DNA of 60,268 nt from assembly GCA_036556385.1 (NCBI GenBank), contig DATBJQ010000113.1:1-60268 (forward strand). The letters run 5' to 3'. Below, piece by piece: positions 9,318 to 17,775 of the stretch. Position 1 is the stretch's first letter; the number at the start of each line of letters is the position of its first letter. Source of the DNA: Actinomycetota bacterium. Lineage in GTDB: Bacteria > Actinomycetota > UBA4738 > HRBIN12. The translations under genes and the position numbers were made by a program. The notes beneath the pieces are model-generated. The model made no database searches, was not told the DNA's origin, and saw only the letters and a program-made list of their open reading frames with translations.

Positions 9318-10604
9318 TCATGCCACGCCGCGCGAGGCCCGCAGGCGCTTCGACAGGGCGTCGATCAGCACGGCCGCGAGCAGCACCAGCCCGGTGATCA
9401 CGAACCGCGTGCCCTGCGGGAGCCCGAGCAGGTTCATGCCGCTGTTGATGGAGGTGATCACGAGCGCGCCCAGGAGCGCGGACACCACGCGCCCGACCCC
9501 GCCGAAGAGGCTCGTGCCGCCGATCACGGCCGCGGCGATCACGCTGAGGAGCAGGTCGCCGCCGCCGGAGCTCGTGGCGACCGAGCGCAGGCGTGACGCG
9601 AGCATCACCCCGCCGACGCCGGCCATGAAGCCGTTGATCATGAAGACCTGGATGCGGATCCGGTCCACGCGGATCCCGGCTCGGCGCGCGGCTTCGGGGT
9701 TGCCGCCGACCGCGTAGATGTGGCGGCCGAAGGGCGTTCGTCCGGCCACGAACGACCAGAACACGAGGAAGATCCCCAGGATCAGCGTGGCCATCGGGAC
9801 GCCGCGGTCGAGGTTCGCGTAGTACACGGCGGCGAACGTCACGATCGCGAGTCCGGCGATCTGCAGCCCGATCAACACCGTGGGCTTGGACTCCAGCCCT
9901 CCGGCGCGCCGCGACCGGGCCGTCAGGATCTGCGAGATCGCGAATCCCAGCACGACGATCACGCCGAGGACCAACCCCTGGGCGTCGGAGAGGAAGGCGT
10001 TCGCGATGTCGACGATCGTCGGCTCAGAGATCCGGATCGACCCCGTCGTCGTGGCCTGCGTCATCAGGATCAGCACGACGCCGGACCAGATCAGCAGTCC
10101 GGCCAGCGTGACGACGAACGAGGGGACCCCGGCTTTCGTGATCACGAGCGACTGGAGGAGCCCGATGATCGTCGTGGCCACCACCGCCGCCAGGATCGCC
10201 GCCCACCAGGGCCAGCCCGGGTCGTCGGTCCTGATGAGCAGCGTCATGATCACGCCGCCGACCGCGCTGACGTACGCGATCGACAGGTCGATCTCGCCGA
10301 TCAGCAGCACGAACACGATGCCGATCGCGAGCGTCGCGATCGCCGCCATCTGCAACAGGAGGTTCGTGAAGTTGCGCTCCGTGAGGAAGGTGTCGTCGAG
10401 CGCGCCGAAGACGACGGCGATCGCGATCAGCCCGATGATGATCGGCAGCGACCCGAGCTCGCCGCCTCGGACCCGCTGCCACCAGCGGCTCGCGTAGGCG
10501 CCGAGCGACTGCTCCTTGGCCGCCGGCCGCTCGAACGTCGTGGTGACGGGCGCTGCGTCCCCGGGCTGCTCCGGGGGCATCGTCCCTTCGATCTGGTCCG
10601 TCAT
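9318..10604 (-). CDS. xylH: sugar ABC transporter permease (CUT2 type; xylose by context)
   Basis: True start is ATG 10604 (MTDQIEGT...), overlapping the ATPase stop (ATGA). Multi-TM protein with the conserved GGNPEAARRAGIRVDR loop. The first 100 aa of track ORF 9318..10904 are an out-of-frame artefact. Confidence 0.85.
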   Translation of the reverse strand: MTDQIEGTMPPEQPGDAAPVTTTFERPAAKEQSLGAYASRWWQRVRGGELGSLPIIIGLIAIAVVFGALDDTFLTERNFTNLLLQMAAIATLAIGIVFVLLIGEIDLSIAYVSAVGGVIMTLLIRTDDPGWPWWAAILAAVVATTIIGLLQSLVITKAGVPSFVVTLAGLLIWSGVVLILMTQATTTGSIRISEPTIVDIANAFLSDAQGLVLGVIVVLGFAISQILTARSRRAGGLESKPTVLIGLQIAGLAIVTFAAVYYANLDRGVPMATLILGIFLVFWSFVAGRTPFGRHIYAVGGNPEAARRAGIRVDRIRIQVFMINGFMAGVGGVMLASRLRSVATSSGGGDLLLSVIAAAVIGGTSLFGGVGRVVSALLGALVITSINSGMNLLGLPQGTRFVITGLVLLAAVLIDALSKRLRASRGVA

Positions 10605-11386
10605 CCCGCCTCCACCGCCGCCGCGTCCGCCATGCCGGGCACCTTCTGGAGGGTCCCCGCCGTGATCGCGTGGACGACCTCCTGCTGGGTGGTGGCGGTC
10701 CGCTCGTACAGAGCGACCTTCTGCCCGAGGCGCAGGACCGTGATCCGATCCGCGCACTCGAACACGTCGTGCAGGTTGTGCGAGATGATCACGACGCCGA
10801 GGTCCCGTTCGGCGAGGCGCCGCACCAGGTCGAGCACCTGTCGCGTCTGCGCGACACCAAGGGCCGCCGTCGGCTCGTCGAGGATCACGAGCTTCGAGTT
10901 CCACATCACCGACTTCGCGACGGCGACCGCCTGCCGCTGGCCGCCCGACAGGCCGATCACGCGCTGGCGGACCGATCGGAGCGTGGTCACCGAGAGCGAT
11001 TCCAACGTCTCCTTGGCCAAGCCTTCCATCGCCGGCTCGTCCATCACGACACCGCTGCGGACGCGCTCCCGGCCCAGGAACATGTTCGCGACGACGTCCA
11101 GGTTGTCCGCCAGGGCGAGGTCCTGGTAGACGACCTCGATGCCGAGGCGCGCGGCCTCGCGCGGGCTGTGGATCCGGACGTCGCTCCCCTCGAAGCGCAC
11201 CCGGCCCTCGTCGAACGGGTAGATCCCGGCGATCCCCTTGATCAGGGTGGACTTGCCGGCGCCGTTGTCACCGACGAGCGCCATCACCTCGCCCCGCCGG
11301 ACCTCGAAGTCGACCTGGTAGAGCGCCTGCACGGCGCCGAACGCCTTCGAGATCCCCGAGCACTCGAGGAGCGGTTCACCTGCCAC
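10601..11386 (-). CDS. xylG: sugar ABC transporter ATP-binding protein (single NBD; xylose by context)
   Basis: Walker A GDNGAGKST, signature LSGGQRQAVAVA, Walker B LVILDEPTAAL. 261 aa. Confidence 0.85.
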   Translation of the reverse strand: MAGEPLLECSGISKAFGAVQALYQVDFEVRRGEVMALVGDNGAGKSTLIKGIAGIYPFDEGRVRFEGSDVRIHSPREAARLGIEVVYQDLALADNLDVVANMFLGRERVRSGVVMDEPAMEGLAKETLESLSVTTLRSVRQRVIGLSGGQRQAVAVAKSVMWNSKLVILDEPTAALGVAQTRQVLDLVRRLAERDLGVVIISHNLHDVFECADRITVLRLGQKVALYERTATTQQEVVHAITAGTLQKVPGMADAAAVEAG

Positions 11387-11410
11387 GACGGCACGACCTC
11401 CTTCGACGGT

Positions 11411-11442
11411 GGCGGCCGGGACGCGTGTGCGCCCCGGCCGCC
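11411..11442 (-). promoter_or_regulatory. intercistronic GC stem-loop between the binding-protein gene and the ABC ATPase gene
   Basis: ggcggccggg (11411-11420) is the exact reverse complement of cccggccgcc (11433-11442). The 12-nt spacer can add 3 GC pairs plus a G.U pair around a 4-nt loop. No U-tract follows on the transcribed (minus) strand. Confidence 0.5.
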
Positions 11443-11462
11443 GCTACCCCGTCAGGACCGGA

Positions 11463-12644
11463 TCAGGCGGCGTTCTCCGTGCACCAGTCCGTCTGCGCGA
11501 CGTCGCCGGTGCAGATCTCCTCGACGGTCCGGAACCCGTCGGCGATCACGGTGTCCGCCATGTTCTCCTCGGTCACCGGGATCGGCACCAGGCCGAAGTA
11601 GGGCACCACGCCCTCGCCCTCGGGCGAGTCCGTCGGCTGTCCGTCGGCCGCGTTGATCCCGATGAGCTCGTAGTCGTAGTCCGAGAAGTCGGTCGTCAGG
11701 ATGTCCTCTCCGGCGCGGATCGCCAGCGCGACCGCTGAGGCCAGCCCGGCCTCGTTCTGGATCGGCTTGTAGACACTCATCGTCTGACGGCCCAGCAGGA
11801 TGTTCTGCATGCCCTCCGCCGTGGCGTCCTGGCCGCTGATCGGGATCGGGTCCATCCCAGCCGCCTCGACGGCGTTGGCCGTGGCGGCCGCGAGCCCGTC
11901 GTTCGCCGCGAACACGGCGTCCACGCCGTTGTTCGCGTCGACCAGGATCTGCTCCATGATCGTCAGCGCCTCGGCGTTGTCCCAGCCCGGGACGTGCTGG
12001 TCGGCGACCAGCTCCCACGTGCCCGCGTCGACATGCTCGGTGACGGTCGCCTCGTACCCCTGCTTGAACAGGAAGGAGTTGTTGTCCTCCTCGCCGCCGT
12101 TCAGCATCACGACGCGCGCCGGGTCCAGGCCGAGGTCGTCGATCGTCGGGCCGAGGACCTCCGCCATCGCCGCGCCGACCGCGACGTTGTCGAAGCTGAC
12201 GTACGCGGCTCCGCCGGCACCACCGGTGTTGAACCGGTCGTACTCGACGACCGCGACGCCCGCCTCGGTCGCCTGATCGATGATCGCCGCGCCCGAGCCC
12301 GTGTCGAGGCTCGTGAGCACGATCACGCTGGCGCCGTCGGCGATCGCGTTCTCCGCCTGCGACTGCTGCGTGGTGGCGTCGCCCTCGGCGTTCACGATCG
12401 TGAAGTCCTCACCCTGGGTCAAGCCCGCGGCCTCGAAGTTCTCCGTGAAGTAGACGAAGTCGTCCTCCTCCCACCGGGTCGACGACTCGGTGTCGGGAAG
12501 GAGCACCCAGATGCTGCCTTCGCCGCCGGCGGAACCGCTGCCGCCGGGCTCGCTGGTGCCGCCGTCGTCGCTACAGGCGGCCGCGACCAGGGCGAGCGCC
12601 AACACCAGCGCCGCCCCGACGAAACCCTTTCGCGTGCTTGCCAT
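11463..12644 (-). CDS. xylF: sugar ABC transporter substrate-binding lipoprotein (xylose by context)
   Basis: Track ORF starts at GTG 12650. ATG 12644 directly follows GAGGGGGTGGAG. Signal peptide and lipobox LALALVAAAC-S. Type I periplasmic-binding fold. Confidence 0.85.
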   Translation of the reverse strand: MASTRKGFVGAALVLALALVAAACSDDGGTSEPGGSGSAGGEGSIWVLLPDTESSTRWEEDDFVYFTENFEAAGLTQGEDFTIVNAEGDATTQQSQAENAIADGASVIVLTSLDTGSGAAIIDQATEAGVAVVEYDRFNTGGAGGAAYVSFDNVAVGAAMAEVLGPTIDDLGLDPARVVMLNGGEEDNNSFLFKQGYEATVTEHVDAGTWELVADQHVPGWDNAEALTIMEQILVDANNGVDAVFAANDGLAAATANAVEAAGMDPIPISGQDATAEGMQNILLGRQTMSVYKPIQNEAGLASAVALAIRAGEDILTTDFSDYDYELIGINAADGQPTDSPEGEGVVPYFGLVPIPVTEENMADTVIADGFRTVEEICTGDVAQTDWCTENAA

Positions 12645-12715
12645 CTCCACCCCCTCGTGGATCGTGCTGATCGGCCAGCTCTCGGCCGACCTCCGCCGGC
12701 CAGATGCGCCCGCGA

Positions 12716-12738
12716 GCGTATGCCGTGGACGGATACGC
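12716..12738. promoter_or_regulatory. imperfect 23-bp palindrome; candidate XylR operator upstream of xylF
   Basis: gcgtatgccgtggacggatacgc has GCGTAT/ATACGC outer arms and CCGT/ACGG inner arms, with one extra base in one half. It is the only palindrome of this size in the xylR-xylF gap. Confidence 0.3.
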
Positions 12739-12749
12739 GCGCAACGTAG

Positions 12750-14012
12750 TCACGATGTCGCGATCGCTTCCAGCCCCTCCTCCCTCACCCTCGTCCCGGG
12801 GCCGCCCCAGCCCCCGCCCTCGGTCCCGTCGTGGAAGGGATCCACGGTCTGCAGGACCAGCGCGACCGCGCCGAGCGCCGCGGCGCGATCCCCGAGCTCG
12901 CCGAGCACGACCTCGGCCGTGTCCGCGGCGATCGGCAGCGCGGACCGGGCGATCGTGTGCCGGAGCGGATCGAGCAGGATGTCGCCCGCCGTGCTGAGCG
13001 GGCCTCCGATCACCACGCGTTCCGGATTGACCAGGTTGCAGAGCGTGGCGACCTGGGCGCCGACGAGGTGCCCCGCGTCGCTGATGATCCGGCGGCACGC
13101 CGCTTCGCCGTGCAGCGCGTGGTCCAGCACCTCGTCCAACGAGAGCTCGTGCGCGTGGCTCCCCGCCAGGCTCTGGAGGATCGCCCGGCCCCCGGCCACC
13201 CGCTCCAGGCATCCGCGGTTCCCGCAGCGGCACACGGGCCCGTCCGGGGCGATCGTCGAGTGCCCGATCTCGCCGGCGGTCCCCCGGGCGCCGCGGTAGA
13301 CGGAGCCCCCGATGATCAGACCCGCCCCGATCCCGGTGCCCACGCGGATGTAGGCGCCGTCGACGACGCCGCGCGCAGCCCCCCACATCAGCTCCGCGAG
13401 CGCGCCGAGGTTCGCGTCGTTGTCGACGAAGACGGGCAGGCCGAGCCGCTCGGTCATCGCCCGCCGGACGTCCACGCCGATCCAGCTGGGAGAGATGCTC
13501 GACGGCCGGACCATGCCCGAGGGCTGCTCGATCGGACCGGCCAGGGCGAGCCCGACGCCGAGCACCTTGGCCCGGTCGACCGCGGCGCGGCCCAGCGCGG
13601 TCTCCACCAGCGCCTCGGCGAGCGTCATCGCGTCCCCGGCGTCGTGATCCAGCTCGAGCGGCGACGACGTCTCGGCCAGCACCCGGTGGGCCAGGTCCGC
13701 GACGACGACGCGCAGGTGCTGATGGTCGACGTCGACGCCGATCGCGGCGCCGGCCGTCGGGTCCAGCGTCACGAGTGAGCCGGGCCGGCCGACCTGTCCC
13801 GGCCGGCGCGGGGAGGGCGCGTCGCCGATCTCGCGGACCAGACCGGTCGCGAGGAGATCCGTGATGATCGCGGACGCCGTGCTGCGCGAGATCCCCGCGA
13901 GCCGGGCGAGCTCGGCGCGCGTCAGTGGACCTCGGACGCGCAGGAGGCCGACGATCCGCCGCCGGTTCCCGAGACGGAGGGCCGCCTGGGACCCCCCTCC
14001 CTCCCATGGCAT
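12750..14012 (-). CDS. xylR: ROK-family transcriptional regulator
   Basis: Track ORF starts at TTG 14048; the first ATG is 14012 (MPWEGGGSQAALRLGNRRRIVGLL). N-terminal wHTH, ROK sugar-kinase-like fold (DNDANLGALAE), and zinc motif GHSTIAPDGPVCRCGNRGCLE. Heads the xyl genes on the same strand. Confidence 0.85.
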   Translation of the reverse strand: MPWEGGGSQAALRLGNRRRIVGLLRVRGPLTRAELARLAGISRSTASAIITDLLATGLVREIGDAPSPRRPGQVGRPGSLVTLDPTAGAAIGVDVDHQHLRVVVADLAHRVLAETSSPLELDHDAGDAMTLAEALVETALGRAAVDRAKVLGVGLALAGPIEQPSGMVRPSSISPSWIGVDVRRAMTERLGLPVFVDNDANLGALAELMWGAARGVVDGAYIRVGTGIGAGLIIGGSVYRGARGTAGEIGHSTIAPDGPVCRCGNRGCLERVAGGRAILQSLAGSHAHELSLDEVLDHALHGEAACRRIISDAGHLVGAQVATLCNLVNPERVVIGGPLSTAGDILLDPLRHTIARSALPIAADTAEVVLGELGDRAAALGAVALVLQTVDPFHDGTEGGGWGGPGTRVREEGLEAIATS

Positions 14013-14173
14013 GACGCGAACTCTCTTCCCCTGGAGGCTGTTCGTCAAATCGTCGGACGATGTCGCCGGGTGGGCGGGCGAGGTTCCGCCGACCTCCGAA
14101 CGTACCTCGCCCCGCGCGCCGCCCCGACCCGGGTGCGCGCGCTAGCATCCGCGGGGCGACGGAGGGCGACGCG

Positions 14174-15295
14174 GTGGAGATCGGGATCCCGACCGAGGTC
14201 AAGAACCACGAGTACCGGGTGGCCGCCACCCCCGAGGGGGTGCACGAGCTCACGGCGCACGGGCACCGCGTGGTCGTGCAGGCGGGCGCCGGGGTCGGCT
14301 CCGCGATCGCCGACGAGCAGTTCCGGGCCGCCGGGGCGGAGATCCTGCCCGATGCGGACGCCGTCTTCGCCGAGGCGCGGCTGCTCGTCAAGGTGAAGGA
14401 GCCGCAGCCGGAGGAGTTCGCGCGGTTCCGCGAGGACCACGTGCTGTTCACGTACCTGCACCTCGCCGCCGACGAGAAGCTCACGCGGTTCCTGATGGAA
14501 CGAGGGACCCGTGCGGTCGCCTACGAGACCGTGCAGACGCCGGACGGCCGGCTCCCGCTGCTGGCTCCGATGTCGGAGATCGCCGGCCGGATGGCGCCGC
14601 AGGAGGGCGCGACGTACCTCGAGCGCCCGCACGGCGGGCGGGGGGTCCTGATGGGCGGGTCCAGCGGCGTGATGCCGGCGCGGGTCGTGGTGCTCGGGGG
14701 CGGGATGGCGGGTTGGAACGCGGCGGAGATCGCCGCCGGGATGCAGGCTGAGGTCGTCGTGGTCGATCGCACCGTCGAACGGCTGCGGGAGATCGACCGG
14801 ATCTGGCGGGGGAGGATCCAGACGCTCGCTTCGTCCCGGCTGGCGATCGAGCAGCTGGTGGTGGAGGCGGATCTCGTGATCGGTGCCGTCCTCGTCCCGG
14901 GCGCGAAGGCGCCGCACCTCGTCACCGCCGAGCACGTCCGCGCGATGCGGCCCGGCGCGGTGCTGGTCGACATCTCGATCGATCAGGGGGGTTGCTTCGA
15001 GACCTCGCACGTCACGACGCACGCGGAGCCCACGTTCGTGGTGGACGACGTCGTCCACTACTGCGTGGGGAACATGCCCGGCGCCGTGCCGCGCACGTCG
15101 ACCTACGCCTTGACCAACGTCACGCTGCCCTACGTGCTCGCGATCGCCGACGGTGGTCTCGAGGCGGCGATCTCGTCCGATCCGGCGCTCGCCCGGGGCG
15201 TGAACACGTGGGACGGGAGCGTCACCGTCGCGGGTGTCGCCGAGGCCTGGGCGACCCCGCACACCCCGGTCGAGGACCTGCTCGCCGCGTCCTGA
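14174..15295 (+). CDS. ald: alanine dehydrogenase
   Basis: In-frame GTG 14174 follows GGAGGG and gives VEIGIPTEVKNHEYRVAATPEGV, the canonical Ald N-terminus. Also VVVLGGGMAGWNAAEIA (NAD fold) and VDISIDQGGCFETS. The upstream 38 codons of the track ORF look spurious. Confidence 0.9.
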   Translation: MEIGIPTEVKNHEYRVAATPEGVHELTAHGHRVVVQAGAGVGSAIADEQFRAAGAEILPDADAVFAEARLLVKVKEPQPEEFARFREDHVLFTYLHLAADEKLTRFLMERGTRAVAYETVQTPDGRLPLLAPMSEIAGRMAPQEGATYLERPHGGRGVLMGGSSGVMPARVVVLGGGMAGWNAAEIAAGMQAEVVVVDRTVERLREIDRIWRGRIQTLASSRLAIEQLVVEADLVIGAVLVPGAKAPHLVTAEHVRAMRPGAVLVDISIDQGGCFETSHVTTHAEPTFVVDDVVHYCVGNMPGAVPRTSTYALTNVTLPYVLAIADGGLEAAISSDPALARGVNTWDGSVTVAGVAEAWATPHTPVEDLLAAS

Positions 15296-15391
15296 CGCGT
15301 CGGGCCGGCGGCCGTTCCCGCCCGGCTCGAGCGCTCCTGCGGACCGCGGTACGCTGGGTCGGTCGAGCCGCGTGGCCAGAGGGGGTCTCCG

Positions 15392-16882
15392 ATGGAGCGG
15401 ATCAGTCACTGGATCGGTGGGAAGGTCGTGCCGGGCGAGTCCGGTCGCAGCGGTCCCGTGTTCGACCCGGCGACGGGCGAGCAGACGCACGAGGTCGACT
15501 TCGCGTCCGAGGCGGAGATCGACGCCGCGACGGACGCCGCCGCCGAGGCGTTCCCCGGCTGGCGTGCGACCTCACTGAGCAAACGCGCCGACATCTTCTT
15601 CACGATCCGCGAGCTGCTGGAGCAACGACGGTCGGACCTTGCGCGGATCCTCACCGGGCAGCACGGGAAGGTGCTGTCCGACGCCGCCGGCGAGATCCAG
15701 CGCGGGATCGAGAACGTCGAGTTCGCCACGGCGATCCCCAACCTGCTGAAGGGCGGGTTCAGCGAGCAGGTCTCCACCGGCGTCGACGTGTACTCGATCC
15801 GCCAGCCCCTGGGCGTCGTCGCCGGGATCACGCCGTTCAACTTCCCGGCGATGGTGCCGATCTGGATGTTCGCCAACGCGATCGCGTGCGGGAACTGCTT
15901 CGTGCTGAAGCCGTCGGAGAAGGACCCGAGCGCGTCGATGTTCCTGGCCGAGCTCCTGAAGGACGCCGGGATCCCCGACGGGGTGTTCAACGTGGTGCAC
16001 GGCGACAAGGTCGCCGTCGACGGGATCCTGGAGCACCCCGGCATCGCGGCCGTGTCGTTCGTGGGCTCCACGCCGATCGCCCGCTACATCTACGAGACCG
16101 GCACCCGCAACGGGAAGCGCGTCCAGGCGCTCGGCGGTGCCAAGAACCACATGATCGTCCTGCCCGACGCCGACCTGGACATGGCGGCGGACGCGGCGGT
16201 GTCCGCCGGCTACGGCAGCGCGGGTGAGCGGTGCATGGCGGTCAGCGCCGTGGTGGCGGTCGGCGGGATCGGCGACGAGCTCGTGGCGAAGATCGCCGAG
16301 CGTCTGCCGAACGTCCGGGTGGGTGGCGGCACCGAGCCCGAGGCCGAGATGGGACCGCTGATCACGCGCGAGCATCGCGACCGCGTCGCCTCGTACCTCG
16401 ACTCCGGACGGGAGCAGGGGGCCACGGTGGTCCGCGACGGGCGCGAGGACGACGTGTACGAGCGCGACGGGTTCTTCCTGGGGGTCTCGCTGCTCGACCA
16501 CGTCACGCTCGAGATGGATGCCTACCGGGACGAGATCTTCGGGCCCGTCCTCGGCGTGGTCCGAGCCGAGACCTACGACGACGCGCTCCGGTTGGTCAAC
16601 GAGAACCCCTACGGGAACGGCGTCGCCCTGTTCACCCGCGACGGCGGCGTCGCCCGCCGGTTCCAGTTCGACGTGCAGGCGGGCATGGTCGGGATCAACG
16701 TTCCGATCCCGGTCCCCGTGTCCTACTACTCCTTCGGCGGGTGGAAGGCGTCGCTGTTCGGGGACACCCACATGTACGGCCCCGAGGGCGTGGCCTTCTA
16801 CACGCGGGGCAAGGTGGTCACGTCGCGGTGGCCCGACCCGGCCACGTCGTCCGTGGATCTCGGGTTCCCGCGCACCCGATGA
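15392..16882 (+). CDS. mmsA: CoA-acylating methylmalonate/malonate-semialdehyde dehydrogenase
   Basis: ATG follows AGAGGGGG. Motifs: HWIGGK, FNFPAMVPIWMF, FVGSTPIARYIY, SAGERCMA (catalytic Cys), VGINVPIPVPVSYYSFGGWKASLFGD. Confidence 0.9.
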   Translation: MERISHWIGGKVVPGESGRSGPVFDPATGEQTHEVDFASEAEIDAATDAAAEAFPGWRATSLSKRADIFFTIRELLEQRRSDLARILTGQHGKVLSDAAGEIQRGIENVEFATAIPNLLKGGFSEQVSTGVDVYSIRQPLGVVAGITPFNFPAMVPIWMFANAIACGNCFVLKPSEKDPSASMFLAELLKDAGIPDGVFNVVHGDKVAVDGILEHPGIAAVSFVGSTPIARYIYETGTRNGKRVQALGGAKNHMIVLPDADLDMAADAAVSAGYGSAGERCMAVSAVVAVGGIGDELVAKIAERLPNVRVGGGTEPEAEMGPLITREHRDRVASYLDSGREQGATVVRDGREDDVYERDGFFLGVSLLDHVTLEMDAYRDEIFGPVLGVVRAETYDDALRLVNENPYGNGVALFTRDGGVARRFQFDVQAGMVGINVPIPVPVSYYSFGGWKASLFGDTHMYGPEGVAFYTRGKVVTSRWPDPATSSVDLGFPRTR

Positions 16883-17325
16883 CGGACGCGCGGGCCGACC
16901 TCCTGGCGCGGGAGGGGTCGGGGTGGACGGACTTCGCCGACCTGGCGGCGGGGGTCCCGGTCGAGGCTCGGGACCGGCCCGAGCTGCGCGACGGCTGGTC
17001 GGCCACGGGCGTGCTCTGGCACGTCGGAGCGTGGATGGAGCGCGCGGCGGGGAAGCTGGAGGAGATCGCGGCCGGCACCTGGGAGCCGGAGCCGGTGGAC
17101 CTCGACGAGCGCAACGCCCGGCTCCTGGCCGAGTCCCGCGACGTCACGTGGGACCTCGCCTGGGAGCGGCTGACGGAGGCGCGGGCCAGGATCCGGCCGG
17201 CATTCGAGCGGGTGCCCGACCTCGACGAGCACGCGCGCGGGTACTTCGTCAACGACACGATCGAGCACTACGAGGAGCATGGCGCCGACCTGCGCGGCGT
17301 CGGCGGGGGAGGACGCGCATCGTGA
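16879..17325 (+). CDS. DinB-like (DinB_2 / four-helix-bundle) protein
   Basis: ATG 16879 overlaps the mmsA stop (ATGA). 148 aa, MTDARADLLAREGSGWTDFADL...WHVGAW...TIEHYEEHGADL. The His pattern (one early His plus HxxEH near the C-terminus) is consistent with the DinB superfamily. The rest of track ORF 16231.. is off-frame. Confidence 0.65.
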   Translation: MTDARADLLAREGSGWTDFADLAAGVPVEARDRPELRDGWSATGVLWHVGAWMERAAGKLEEIAAGTWEPEPVDLDERNARLLAESRDVTWDLAWERLTEARARIRPAFERVPDLDEHARGYFVNDTIEHYEEHGADLRGVGGGGRAS

Positions 17326-17765
17326 ACACGGATGAGGTGTTGGCCCGCGAGGCGTCGGCGTGGCAGGAGCTCCGCTCCGTGCTCGCCGGCGTCCCGGTCG
17401 AGCGTCGCACCGAGGAGGGCGTGGTGCCTGGATGGTCGCCGCAGGATCTCGTGTGGCACTGCGGGTTCTGGGCGGGGTACGTGGCCCGGGAGCTCGAGGC
17501 GCTCGCCGCCGGGACCACGTTCGAAGTGGAGGTCCCCGAGGACACGGGGCCGGGCGACGACCTGAACGAGCGCGTCCACGCGGAGTCGCGGACGATGACC
17601 TGGGAGGAGGCCTTCGACCGGAGCGAACAGGAGCGCGAGCGCGCTCGCTCGGCCTTCGCCGCGGCCGGCCCCCCCACCGAGCAGCTCGTGGCCGACTTCG
17701 CTGGCGAGACCTACGACCACTACGACGAGCACCGGCTCGAGCTCGCGGCGTTCCTCGGGGCCTGA
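17322..17765 (+). CDS. DinB-like protein (tandem paralogue)
   Basis: GTG 17322 overlaps the upstream stop (GTGA). 147 aa, VNTDEVLAREASAWQELRSVL...WHCGFW...ETYDHYDEHRLEL. Alignable by eye with the preceding gene. Confidence 0.65.
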   Translation: MNTDEVLAREASAWQELRSVLAGVPVERRTEEGVVPGWSPQDLVWHCGFWAGYVARELEALAAGTTFEVEVPEDTGPGDDLNERVHAESRTMTWEEAFDRSEQERERARSAFAAAGPPTEQLVADFAGETYDHYDEHRLELAAFLGA

Positions 17766-17775
17766 CCCCGGCGCG

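Noticed and set aside
6627-9596. 989-aa ORF on the + strand spanning the xylB/xylA region
   Set aside because: It is antisense to two genes with unmistakable motifs. Its translation is Arg/Pro/Gly/Asp-rich low complexity with no motifs. This is the typical stop-free antisense frame of a GC3-saturated genome.
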